The notes beneath the pieces are model-generated. The model did no database searches. It was not told where the DNA came from and was given only the letters and a program-made list of their open reading frames with translations. 33,351 nucleotides of DNA. Origin: Octopus sinensis (taxonomy: Eukaryota). Location: contig NW_021832019.1 in assembly GCF_006345805.1 (NCBI RefSeq), positions 1-33,351 on the forward strand. The letters are read 5' to 3'. This document shows, in pieces, positions 20,513 through 32,320 of the stretch (position 1 is its first letter; every line of letters begins with the position of its first letter). The position numbers and the translations under genes are program-made.

Positions 20513-21859
20513 ACAGTAGAGAAGGAGTAAGATGCAAAGGTAGGAACGGTGAGGAGACAGGTGAGTAGGAGGAGATGAATTCATACAGGAAAAACTGTAC
20601 ATACGAAAAATCTGTACGTCAGTATAGATTGGAGGATAATTATAGGAACAGAGATGGAGAAATAGAGAGATACATAGAGATAGAGTTTGAGAGAACAAAG
20701 GAGAAAGCTGGGTATATATAGAGAGAGAGCGAGAGAAGGAGAAGAGGGAGAGGGACGGTGAAGGTAATCTGGGGAGATGGTGGGGAGAGATGAATGAATG
20801 AAGAAACGGATAGATTGGAAAAAAATCTCCCTGAAGTTCAAAACGTGGTTAAGACTTGACTGAGAACAGAGAGGAATGCATTCATGCAGACAAACATATA
20901 TGCAAGGAATACGGAGATTTTGCCCAGGTAAACGGAGAGAAGCATGGAGGTAGACATACTACGAAGGGGAATCTGAAGAGAGAGATATTCGTAGAGTGTG
21001 GCCACTAGAGAAGATTTACCGTGGCAGTCAGAGACGCTGACATACAGACAGCTAGAGAACGTAGGTAGGTAGATAGGTTGATAGGTATATATGTCGTTAG
21101 ATAGGTACGTAGGTGTGTAGGTTGGCAGATAGAACATACTAAACACTCACAAGTATATACATACGAAGATATCGAGAAAGACCATTGAATTAATGATTAA
21201 ATTAATTAATAAAGGTATATTACGAAATAAGCAATTAGTACAGTCTTTAATAAAGTATTGCATATACGATGAAATAAACTAAAAAAACAGAAGATAAAGA
21301 ATAAAAAACAGTTATTAGTGCAAATATTGTTCCTGTTCTTGTTATTGTTTTTAATATTTCTACAACAATAACAGTAATAAGGGCCACAAAATACAATAAC
21401 CGCCAAAAAAAATCGCCAAAATATTAAAGCCAAACTTCACTAAGGTAACACAGTGGAAGCCGGAATAGAAACATGAAGCAGGATATCATCATCATCATCA
21501 TCATCAAACACCACAACAACCACAATAGCAGTGGCAGCAGCAGCAGCAGCAGTAGCTGCAACAACAACAACAGCAACAACCGTATATTATAACTGCAACG
21601 ACATTAACCTTGTTGACACGTGTAATATATTATTGATAACAATAGCAGAAAAATGGCGACGAACTACAACAAAAAGTAGAACAAATGGTATGGTAGCAAG
21701 AAGGGAGCAGAGTAGACACGGTGAAGGTAAAAATAATAAAAGGAATGACGAAGGTGACAAATATGACAGCAGCAGCAGCAGGAATAACTGGAGCTGTGGT
21801 GTATAAATAACTACACATGCATCCGTAGTGTTATTAGGAGACAAACGGATAAGCTTTAC

Positions 21860-22745
21860 TCATCATCATCCATCATCATCATCATTATCATTATCATCCT
21901 CATCATCCTCAATATCATCATCCTCAACATCATCTTCATCCTCCTCCTCCTCATCATCATCATCCATCCATCCTCCTCCTCATCATCATCATCCTTATCC
22001 ATCATCATCATCCTCATCATCTTCATCATCATCCTCATCATCATCATTATCATCATCATCATCATCACCATCATCATCATCCATCATCATCATCACCATC
22101 ATCCTCATCACCATCATCATCACCATCATCATCCATCATCATCATCATCAATCCATCCTCCTCCTCCTCCTCCTCCTCCTCCTCGTCATCGTCGTTACGA
22201 TCCCCGTCATCGTTGATCCCGTCGTCTTGTTTGTCGCCATCATCCCCGTAACCGGGCGTTGTCTTCATCGCTTCCGTCTTCCTCTCCGGTCTTTGTCGTG
22301 TTCTCCGTCGTCGTCATCGACATTGTCGTTGTCGTCTCCATCATCATCATCATCATCATGATCACGATGATTTTTAACGATCGTCATCATTATCATCATG
22401 ATCAGGATCATCAACATCGTCATCATCATCATCATCATCTATATCCAAAAAAAAACAACAACAACAGAGGGTCGCAGCGCAGCTAATTCTAAAATACCAC
22501 CAGTCACATATTGCATCATAAGAAGCTGGATCAATGGGAGGTAACCTTAACAACAACAACAACAAACAATGACAACAACAGCAACAACACCAAAAACATT
22601 ATTGTTAGTAACAATAATAATAAAACAACGACAATATTGTAAACGACAGCAACAAAATCGAAAACACTTAGAGGAAAGAGTGCACCGCCAAAAAATGAAT
22701 GTATAATAAATAATAATAATAAAAATTAAACTAATAATAATAATA

Positions 22746-22794
<49 letters not shown>

Positions 22795-23881
22795 TAATAT
22801 AATAATAATGAATAATAATAAAGATGATAACACTAAAATAATAATAATAATATAATAATAATGATAAATAATAAAAATAATAATAAAAATAATAATAATA
22901 ATAATAGTAATAATAATAATAATAATAACAACAACAATAATAAAAATAATAATAGTAATAATGATAGTATAATAATGATAATAATAGTAATAATAATAAC
23001 AACAACATCAACAACAACAATAATAATAATAATAAATATAATAATAATAAAAATAATTTTAATAATAATAATAATAAACATAATAATAATGATAATGATA
23101 ATAATAATAATAATGATGATGATGATGATGATGATATATGTAACAATGATAATACTAATAACAACAATGATAACGGTAATAATAATAGTAATAATAATAA
23201 TAATGATAATGATAATAATAATAATATTATTAATAATAATAATAATAATAAATAATATAATAATGGTTATGATAAAAAGAGTAAGAAGAGTAGTAGTAGT
23301 AGTTGTAGTAGTAGTAGTAGTAGTAATAAAAATAAAGATAAAAATGAAAATAAAAGTAATGATGATAATAATGATAATAATAAATGAATAAGTAAATAAT
23401 TATATTAAAAGTTTATAAAATAAGGCCAAATAAAAAAGGGGTTAAGGAATGAAAAGTAACTTTTGAGTTGAAAAGGGCAGCATTTAGTAGAATACTAATA
23501 AGAAAAATACCAAAAAAAAGAAGAAAATGTTTGAGAAAATGTTACATAATAACATTTGATGTAATAACAGGAAGAAAAAAGTATAAAGAGAACAACAATA
23601 ACAAGAATAAGACGTGCAATATGAACAACGGCTCACCATCGTCGCCACCACCTTCGCCATGTCAGCAGCAATAATAGTAATAATAATAATAATAAACAAA
23701 AATAATAATAATAATATAATAATAAATAATAATAATAATAATAATAGTAATAATAATAATAATAATAGTAATAATAATAATATAATAATAATAATCTAAT
23801 AATAGTAATAATAACAATAATAATAATAATAATATATAATAATAATAATAATAATATAAAATAATGTAATATAATATTATA

Positions 23882-23912
<31 letters not shown>

Positions 23913-24097
23913 TCATAATAATAATAATAGTAATAATAATAATAATAGTAATAATAATAATAATATTAATAATAATAATAATAATAATCTAATAATAATA
24001 ATAATAATAGTAATAATAATAATATTAATAATAGTAATATAATAATAATAGAATAATAATAATCATAATAATAATAATAATAATAGTAATAAATAAT

Positions 24098-24131
<34 letters not shown>

Positions 24132-24180
24132 AGTAATAATAATTAATAATAATAATAATATTAATAATAGTAATAATAGG
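21860..24180. repeat. (CAT)n/(CCT)n then (AAT)n/(AGT)n trinucleotide mosaic
   Basis: Directly visible, with short unique islands. Confidence 0.9.
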
Positions 24181-24479
24181 AGGAGCACGACAAGAACAGA
24201 AAGAACGAAGACGTCGGTGGTGGCGGTGACTACAGCTAAAATGGTCGTTACAGAACACAAAAGAAAGTAAAAAATAATCAAGAACGATAAATAGGGAGCA
24301 AAAATTAAACCTTTTTAAAAAATTCATGAGAGGAGTTTATAGCGTCTCTGGGAACAGTAACGATGGTGATGGCAACGAGGACAATTGCAGTAAGGCATAG
24401 GGAGGAATAACGGGTGGGGGTGGGGGTGGGATAACGGATAATAAGAGAAGTTGAAGAAGGGGAGGATGGAGAAGGAGGA

Positions 24480-25060
24480 GGAGGAGGAGGAAGAGAAGGA
24501 GGAGGAGGAGGAGGAAGAGAAGGGGTGGTGAAAGGGCGAAAAGAAAAGGGGAAGAGAAAAGAAAGAGGAAACAGAAGACGAAGAAGATTGTGATGAAGAA
24601 GGGATGGAAATGGAGAAGGAGGGGGAAGAGAAGGGGTGGAGAAAGGGCGAAAAGAAAAGAGGAAGAGAAAAGAAAGAATAAACAGAAGACGAAGATGAAG
24701 ATTGTGATGAAGAAGGGGTGGAGTTGGAGGAGGAAGAAGAGAATGGGTGGTGAAAGGGCGAAAAGAAAAGAGGAAGAGAAAAGAAAGAAGAAACAGAAGA
24801 CGAAGAAGAAGAAGATTATGATGAAGAAGGGATGGAGATGGAGAAGGAGAAGGAGGAGGAGGAAGAGGAAGAGAAGGGGTGGAGAAAGGGCGAAAAGAAA
24901 AGAGGGAGAGAAAAGAAAGAAAAAACAGAAGACGAAGAAGAAGATTATGATGAAGAAGGGATGGAGATGGAGAAGGAGAAGGGGGACGACGACGACGGCG
25001 ACGACGAAGAAGAACAAGAAGAAGATTATGATGATGAAGAAGAAGAAGAACAACAACAAC
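24480..25060. repeat. Purine-rich compound minisatellite, 4 units of about 108-130 bp
   Basis: gaagagaaggggtgg(t/a)gaaagggcgaaaagaaaag..agaaaagaaag..aaacagaagacgaagaagattgtgatgaagaaggg recurs four times. Confidence 0.9.
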
Positions 25061-25350
25061 AACAGCAACAAAAGGAAATGAAAGAAAAAGAAGATGGGGA
25101 TGAAAACGATGTAGGAAGAGTGGAGGAAAGGGGGGAAGAACAGAAGAAAAAGACGAAGAAGGGCAACAACAACAACAACAACAACAATAACAAAAACGTC
25201 GATAAAAAAACAACAACAATAACATGAACAATATCAAGAATGATATTTCTGAGACAAAAGTTATGTTTTAATGAAAGAAAATCTAATTTTGGTTCGCCAA
25301 GGACTTCGAACAGATGTAGCAAGGAATTTTATTCTCGATGACATTTCTGT

Positions 25351-25365
25351 TTTACATAATTTTTC

Positions 25366-25400
<35 letters not shown>

Positions 25401-25874
25401 TATGATTTTGATTATTATTATTATTTTACATAATTTCCTTCTTCTTCATCATCATCATCATCATCATTATCATTATCATTTTGATTATTATTATTGTTTG
25501 ATTATTATTATTATTATTATTTTACATAATTTCCTTCTTCTTCATCATCATCATCATCATCATCATTATTGATATTATTATAATTATTATTATTATGATT
25601 TTGATTATTATTATTGTTGTTATTCTTGTTTTGTTTTGTTGTGCTTGTTGCTGTTATTATTTTATAAATATTCTTATTTTTGTTGTTGTTGTTATCATCA
25701 TCATCATCATTATTATTATTATTATTATCATTATTATTATTATTATTATTATTATAATTATTATTATTATTATTATTATTATCACTATTATTATTTATCA
25801 TTATTATTATTATTATGATCATTATTATTATTATTATTTCTATTTTCATTATTATCACTATTATTATTTATCAA

Positions 25875-25911
<37 letters not shown>

Positions 25912-25964
25912 TCTATTTTCAATATTATCACTATTATTATTATTTATTATTATTATTATTATTG

Positions 25965-26001
<37 letters not shown>

Positions 26002-26050
26002 TATTATTATTGTTATCATCATCATCATCATCATCATTATTATTAGTATT
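25351..26050. repeat. Three ttacataattt..(CAT)n..(ATT)n units (periods 74 and 96 bp), then (ATT)n
   Basis: tttacataat recurs at 25351, 25425 and 25521. Confidence 0.85.
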
Positions 26051-26349
26051 ATTCCCATTTCTGTTTCTATTATTTTTAGAAGTATTATTATTACCAGCAG
26101 CAGCAGCATTAATATTTTAGCTGATTTTATTGAAATTTTATTACAATTATTCTCATTAATGCTGTTGTTATTAGTGATATTATTATCATTATTATTAATG
26201 TATTTTTTTCTATTAATTATTATTGAAGCGGATAATTTTAGATGACTAAATAAGTGCACCTGCTTCATCTGCATGACAACGTCATCACATACGTCACTGC
26301 ACATGGTTGCATCATTTCAAGATGGCATATATACAGAGAGACTCACACA

Positions 26350-26358
26350 TATATATAC

Positions 26359-26393
<35 letters not shown>

Positions 26394-26525
26394 CATGGAC
26401 ACATGTATATACTTATGCACATACATATATGTATATAGAAATATATATACAAATAACATACATATAATATATATATTATATACATACATACCTATATAGT
26501 TATATATATATATGTATATATATAT

Positions 26526-26557
<32 letters not shown>

Positions 26558-26665
26558 ATATTTTATATGTACATACATACACACACAAACACATATCTAT
26601 ACATACATGCAAGGATATGGTTTCTGAATATGTTTTTGCGCAATTCTGCAAATACCTAAGTATGG

Positions 26666-26701
<36 letters not shown>

Positions 26702-27052
26702 CATACATACATATATATAATATAGTATTTACATACATACACAAATGTACACATATATACGTATCTATGTATACACACACATATTATATATATATAAATA
26801 TACATACGTACACACAATTGTAAACATAGGCACTGATATGTAATATAACTTATGCACAAAACACCTCTCTTACATGAATAACTATTCGATGCACAAAAGA
26901 AATGAAAAATTAAACTAGAAATACCCGCATTTGTATAATTATATATATATTTATATAATATATATATATTTATATCTGTATGCATCCATAAACACACGCA
27001 TATAGCTTATTATATTAAATGTTGCATATATGTCTATGTATACATGCTCAGC

Positions 27053-27119
<67 letters not shown>

Positions 27120-27563
27120 TATACTATATATATATAAGTATTTATATAAATATATACATATAAAATATGTGTGTGTATAGAAGAATATAATATTTATATA
27201 TATATACGTATACATATATATAATATATATATATATATACATGTACTACCATAAACACATATACATATATGTGTGTGCTTGTGTGTGTATATATCCATAT
27301 ATATATATATATGTATATATGGATAAACAGATAGAGTGAAATATGTATACATATGTGACTGCCACCAAGCGACCGCGCAGATTATGATATAACGTTGTCA
27401 GGATAATCTTGAGATGCATATTACATAACATGAATACAAAGTTTTTTTGACCTATGGCAGCATAACTTGACATAGAGAAGTACTCTTCAGCTACACTGTA
27501 TACTCAATATACAAACACACATTTACAAACATGAATCACGCACAAATAATCTATGTATATATA

Positions 27564-27601
<38 letters not shown>

Positions 27602-27725
27602 TATGATATAACACATATATATATATATATATAAATGTGTGTGTGTGTGTGTGTGTGTCTGTGTGTGTGTGTGTGTGTACGTACGTTCTTGTATATGTAT
27701 ATGTATATGTATACGTACGTACGTA
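26350..27725. repeat. (TA)n/(CA)n/(CTAT)n/(TG)n mosaic
   Basis: Directly visible. Confidence 0.9.
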
Positions 27726-27981
27726 TGTTGAATCACCAAATGCAATTTATACAAAGCGCAAAGAAGGGACAGGTATGCCATAATATGGAATGAATATCAT
27801 CCCAAATAGCTAATTCCTATTATTTCCGCAAGGGATTTGAGAGGAATTTCAAAGAAGACGCAAAAAAAGAGACATTAAATCAATGATGATGATGATGATG
27901 ATGATGAGGAAGACGATTATTATTATAACAATAATGTTAAAAGGTAGAAAACAAGAACAATAATAATGAATCTTTTATACT

Positions 27982-28184
27982 AAAGGCAAAAGACCTGAAA
28001 TTTAGTGGGAGGGGTCAGTCGATTATATCAACCTCAGTGCGTAACTGGTGATTCTTTTATCGACTCTGAAAGAATAAAAGACAAAATCGACCTCGGTGGG
28101 ATTCGAACTCAGAACGTAAGGAGAGACAAAGTGTCACAAAGCGTTTTGCCTGGCGTGCTAACGATTCTACCATCTCACCGCCTT
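27982..28184 (-). mobile_element. SINE family A, older full copy, tail type 2
   Basis: Type-2 tail, diverged central domain, and head ending ccatctcaccgcct. Confidence 0.8.
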
Positions 28185-28191
28185 TACAACT

Positions 28192-28520
28192 TTAAAGACT
28201 CCGCCGGTTACGACGACGAGGGTCCCAGCTGATACGATCAACGGAACAGCTTGCTCGTGAAATTAACGTGCAAATGGCTGAGCATTCCACAGATCACGTG
28301 TACCCTTAACGTAGTTCTCGGGGATAATCAGCGTGACCAGAGAGTGACAAGGCTGACCCTTTGAAATACAAGTGCAACTCATTTTTGCCAGCTGAGTGGA
28401 CTGGAGCAAAGTGAAAATAAAGTGTCTTGCTCAAGGACACAACGCGTCGCCGGGAATCGAACTCACACCAACCTTACGATCATGAGCCGAATGCCCTAAC
28501 CACTAAGCCACGCGCCCTCA
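28192..28520 (-). mobile_element. SINE family D, full-length
   Basis: Reverse complement of 10769-11090; 13-bp TSD cgcctttacaact at 28179-28191 and 28521-28533. Confidence 0.92.
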
Positions 28521-28547
28521 CGCCTTTACAACTACAATAATAGTAAT

Positions 28548-28848
28548 CACGTTACCGACCAGGCCATCACATGCTGCTACACATCACTGGTCACAATGCG
28601 CTTCGCATTGTTTTAGCCTTCAAATGACGCCACCCCGCTGGCTAAGTGAGCAGGCCAACAGAAGAAAGAGTGAGAGAAAATGTGGTGAAAGAGTACAGCA
28701 GGGATCGCCACTACCCCCTGCCGGAGCCTCTTGGAACTTTTAGGCGTTTTCGCTCAATAAACACTCACAACGCCTGGTCAGGAGATCGAAACTGCGATCC
28801 TTTGACCGCGAGTCCGCTGCCCTAACCACTGGGCAATTGCGTCTCCAC
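28548..28848 (-). mobile_element. SINE family C relative, same head and centre, different tail
   Basis: Head gtggagacgcaattgcccagtggttagggcagcggactcgcggtc and centre are colinear with 8208-8514; the 3' third is unrelated. Candidate TSD aataatagtaat at 28536-28547 and 28854-28865. Confidence 0.85.
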
Positions 28849-28875
28849 GCAATAATAATAGTAATACTTTCTACT

Positions 28876-29245
28876 AAAGGAACAAGTCCTGAAAACTTTG
28901 GGGAAGGAGACTAGCCGACTACATTGACCCCAGTGTTTCACTGGTATTTAATTTGTCGACCCCGAAAGGATGAAAGGGAAACTCGCCCTCGGTGTGGTTT
29001 GAATTCAGCACGTGAATACGGACAAAATGCCGCTAAGTATTGTGTCCGGCGTGCTAACTGGTCTACCACTTCAGCAGTTTTGGGGAAGGGGCTAAGTCGA
29101 TTACATCGACCCCAGCGTTCAACTGGTACTTATTTCATCGAATCTGAGAGAACGAAAGGCAGAGTCGACCTCGGCGGAATTTGAACTCAGAACGAAGCTA
29201 AGCATTTCGTCCAGCGTGCCAACGAGTCAGCCATTTCCCCGCCTT
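28876..29245 (-). mobile_element. Two adjacent older SINE family A copies (28876-29070 and 29072-29245)
   Basis: Each has the central domain (acat(c/t)gaccccag..actggta..gacc(c/t)cgg..tttgaa..cag) and a degraded head. Confidence 0.8.
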
Positions 29246-29249
29246 GATG

Positions 29250-29368
29250 ACAACAACAACAACAACAGCAAGAACAACAACCACAAAACAACAACAACAA
29301 CAATAATAATAGTAATAGTAATAATAATGATAATAATAATAATAATATTAATAATAATAGTAATAATG

Positions 29369-29439
<71 letters not shown>

Positions 29440-29532
29440 AATAATAATAATAAGAATAATATAATATAATAACAAATTAAAATAATTATAATAATAATAA
29501 TAATAATAATATAATATAATAATAACAACAAT
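29250..29532. repeat. (AAC)n/(AAT)n/(GAT)n mosaic
   Basis: Directly visible. Confidence 0.95.
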
Positions 29533-29535
29533 AAA

Positions 29536-29720
29536 GGTTTCAAGTTTTGGCACAAGGCCACCAGTTTCTGGGGAGATGGGTAGGTAAGTCGGTTAGATCG
29601 ACGCCAGTTTTCAACTGGTACTAATTTTTTATACTTCCATAGGATGAAAGCCAAAGATGACCTCGGCGGAATTTAAACTTCAAATGTAATCATACTAACG
29701 ATTCTGCCAGCTCGCCGCCT
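29536..29720 (-). mobile_element. SINE family A, older internally deleted copy, tail type 3
   Basis: gtttcaagttttggcacaaggcc tail, central domain, and head end ctgccagctcgccgcct. Confidence 0.8.
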
Positions 29721-30249
29721 CACGTTGCTTTCCTAATAATATAAAATGTACAGGAAAAATACTAGTTGAATTCCACTATGAAATACTAAATATTTCTCAT
29801 CAAAATTACTCCATATACATATTTCTTCATGGCTTTCTATAGTGATTCCTTTCAATCTTGTATTTCTTTTTGCATTTCTGTTTTTTTTTCTACTTCCAGT
29901 ATCTATTATATTTTAGTTATTTAATTTATACACTTTTCTATGTAGTCATATATTTTTACTGATTCATTTATATATTCTCGCACATCCATAAAATGAAAAT
30001 ATCCGTAAAAAAAAAACGTGTCTCAACATTTTGAATATATTCCAACAATATTTCTCTATTAGTCGTTTGGCAAGGAACCAAACTAAATGTTATTTCCCTG
30101 CATCATCGTATCCTGTGAGCATGGGATGGGTTACTTGCCCTTGATTTTCTTTAAGTCGGTTATCTTAAATGACTTTTTTCACTTCTGACTTTTCCTGCAA
30201 ATATTCACACGTATACAGACAGACAGACACATAAAACGCACACATATTT

Positions 30250-30414
30250 CATGTATGTATATAATATGTATATATATAAATGTAATGAGATCTGTATATT
30301 ATATGTATATATAATATATATATGCGTACTAAGATAGAGATAGATTAATATATATATAATATATAATAATATATAATATATATATATATATATATATACA
30401 TATATTATATAATT

Positions 30415-30457
<43 letters not shown>

Positions 30458-30650
30458 CATATATAGATCCATATATATATACATATGTATTATATACATT
30501 ATATATACATATGTAATATTATATATACATATATATACAGAGATATATATATACATATATATATATATATACATATATATAACATGTATATATATTATAT
30601 ATATATATACACACACATACACATATATATATATATATATTATATATAAC
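30250..30650. repeat. (TA)n mosaic
   Basis: Directly visible. Confidence 0.95.
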
Positions 30651-31017
30651 ATCACTATCTCAACGATGCTCCGTCTTTCAATAACTCGCTTAGTATATCC
30701 GTCTCCATAATCAGCCCGTTTCTCTCTCATTCGCTAATTTTTTCACTTTTATTGAAATAACCAATTTTTTGCTGTGTGCGCAATTTTATTTATGTAGATT
30801 CTTCTCATCGCTTTTCATCGCAAATTAATAAATGTAAACTAATGCTTTTCAGTAAGATACAGCCAACACACACACACACATATGCGCGTAAACACACACA
30901 AACACACTCACTATTTAGATAAACAAATACATCATAAAAATGATATCTATATTATGATATATATACATATATATAGAACATATATACACACACATATATA
31001 ATATACTATATATATAG

Positions 31018-31049
<32 letters not shown>

Positions 31050-31239
31050 ATAATAAATATTAGGGAATAAATCCAAACTTACAGGGAAAATCAGATTTAG
31101 GATTGAATCCAATTTTATAGTATATTATGTTATAATAAAATTTAGAGACAAAACCACTATTATGCAAATCAAACAAAGAAAGACTTAAGCCAATACATAA
31201 ATTAATTTATATTATTTAGAAATGTAACAATATTAATAT

Positions 31240-31300
31240 CCACTACGATCGTTTCGTGTCTCAGTCATCAAATCTATGAGTAGTAACATACATCAGGTGG
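31240..31300 (-). ncRNA. Hammerhead-like motif, CUGAUGUA class, stem I intact
   Basis: Minus: CCAC-CUGAUGUA-[ugu uacua cuca..ugag aca c]-GAA-ACGAUCGU-A-GUGG. Confidence 0.55.
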
Positions 31301-31340
31301 TTTCAGAATATTCTTGGCGAGTTTAAACAATATATATAAA

Positions 31341-31551
31341 GTTAATCAAACAAGAAAGCACAAAAAAAAAAAACACAACAACGCGAGGACGTGGAACAAA
31401 ATAGTTATTATTGGACGCTCAGGACAAGGAAAGAAGGAGGGTTTAACGTTTCGAGCGAGAGCTCTTCGTCGGAAAATAGGAGAAGGAAAGATCAAGAAAA
31501 GGGAAGACAGAGGAAAAAAAATCGCCAACGGTACACACGAGGTCACATTTT
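31341..31551 (-). mobile_element. About 200-bp (TA)n-associated hammerhead-bearing element, copy 2
   Basis: Homologous to 10499-10680 and 32073-32280. Hammerhead motif at 31441-31476 has core CCGACGA and a 4-nt loop in stem II. Confidence 0.85.
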
Positions 31552-31974
31552 GAAAGATATATATATATATACATACATGTTTATATAAATGCATTTCATC
31601 GCTGTGTGTGTGCATATTTGTGACAAAAATATTACATAGAAGTATTTTAATATTCGTTCATGTACTTAATTATTTACTTATTAGGTGGTTTCTATAAAGA
31701 TTGCTCTGGGTATTTACTTATGAAATACTGGGGCGATAAATCATACGATATTTATATTAATTATAAGCTAAGAATAAGAAAAAAAATCGGAAAAGAAAAG
31801 TTGTGCACAGATATATACATATATTTAACTATGTGCACACATGCAAATATACGCAAATATTTGTACTTCATTATTAGAGAATTAGAGAATCTGAGTAAAA
31901 TTATATTAATGTGTCCAACTGATTAAGAATTCTATTTATCTATTTATCTGTGCATCTGAGGATAGCCCTGCATT

Positions 31975-32037
31975 TATATTGATGTAATGACTGCATTGTT
32001 GAATGAAAGGGAGCCACTTGAAACGGTCGTACTATAT
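31975..32037 (+). ncRNA. Degenerate hammerhead-like motif, UGAUGUA class
   Basis: UUGAUGUA...GAA-ACGGUCGU-A-CUAUAU. C3 is mutated and stem I pairs only with a one-base shift. Confidence 0.35.
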
Positions 32038-32072
32038 CACTTCTTGATACCCTGTTGTTTATTATATATATA

Positions 32073-32280
32073 GTTAATCCAAACAAGAAAACACAAGAAA
32101 AACACAACAACGCGAGGACGTGGAACAAAAATAATATTATTGGACGCTCATGAAAGAAGGGAAGAAGGAGGGTTTAACGTTTCGAGCGGAGCTCTTCGTC
32201 GGAAACATAGGAGATGGAAAGATCCCGAAAATGGAAGAGAGAGGAAAAAAATCGCCAACGGTACACACGAGGTCACATTT
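32073..32280 (-). mobile_element. About 200-bp (TA)n-associated hammerhead-bearing element, copy 3
   Basis: Same termini as copy 2 (gttaatc.aaac ... cacacgaggtcacattt), with (TA)n on both sides. Hammerhead motif at 32172-32206 has core CCGACGA. Confidence 0.88.

Positions 32281-32320
<40 letters not shown>

Noticed and set aside
20517-20566. Perfect donor CAG|GTGAGT with an upstream AG
   Set aside because: No polypyrimidine tract, purine-rich low-complexity context, uninformative peptide.
21654-21683. aaaaATGGCG start-like/YY1-like motif
   Set aside because: Opens only an 8-codon frame (MATNYNKK*); a single short motif is not evidence.
24305-25237. 310-aa hydrophobic repeat ORF on minus
   Set aside because: Reverse translation of a purine-rich minisatellite in which stop codons are compositionally rare.
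25255-25345. Minus-strand PCYICSKSLANQN*IFFH* with C2H2 zinc-finger-like spacing
   Set aside because: Two stops, no second His, no linker and no neighbouring fingers; likely chance.
30413-30730. ORF starting [20 protein letters not shown]
   Set aside because: 27 unrecognised residues running into (TA)n; no splice or homology support.
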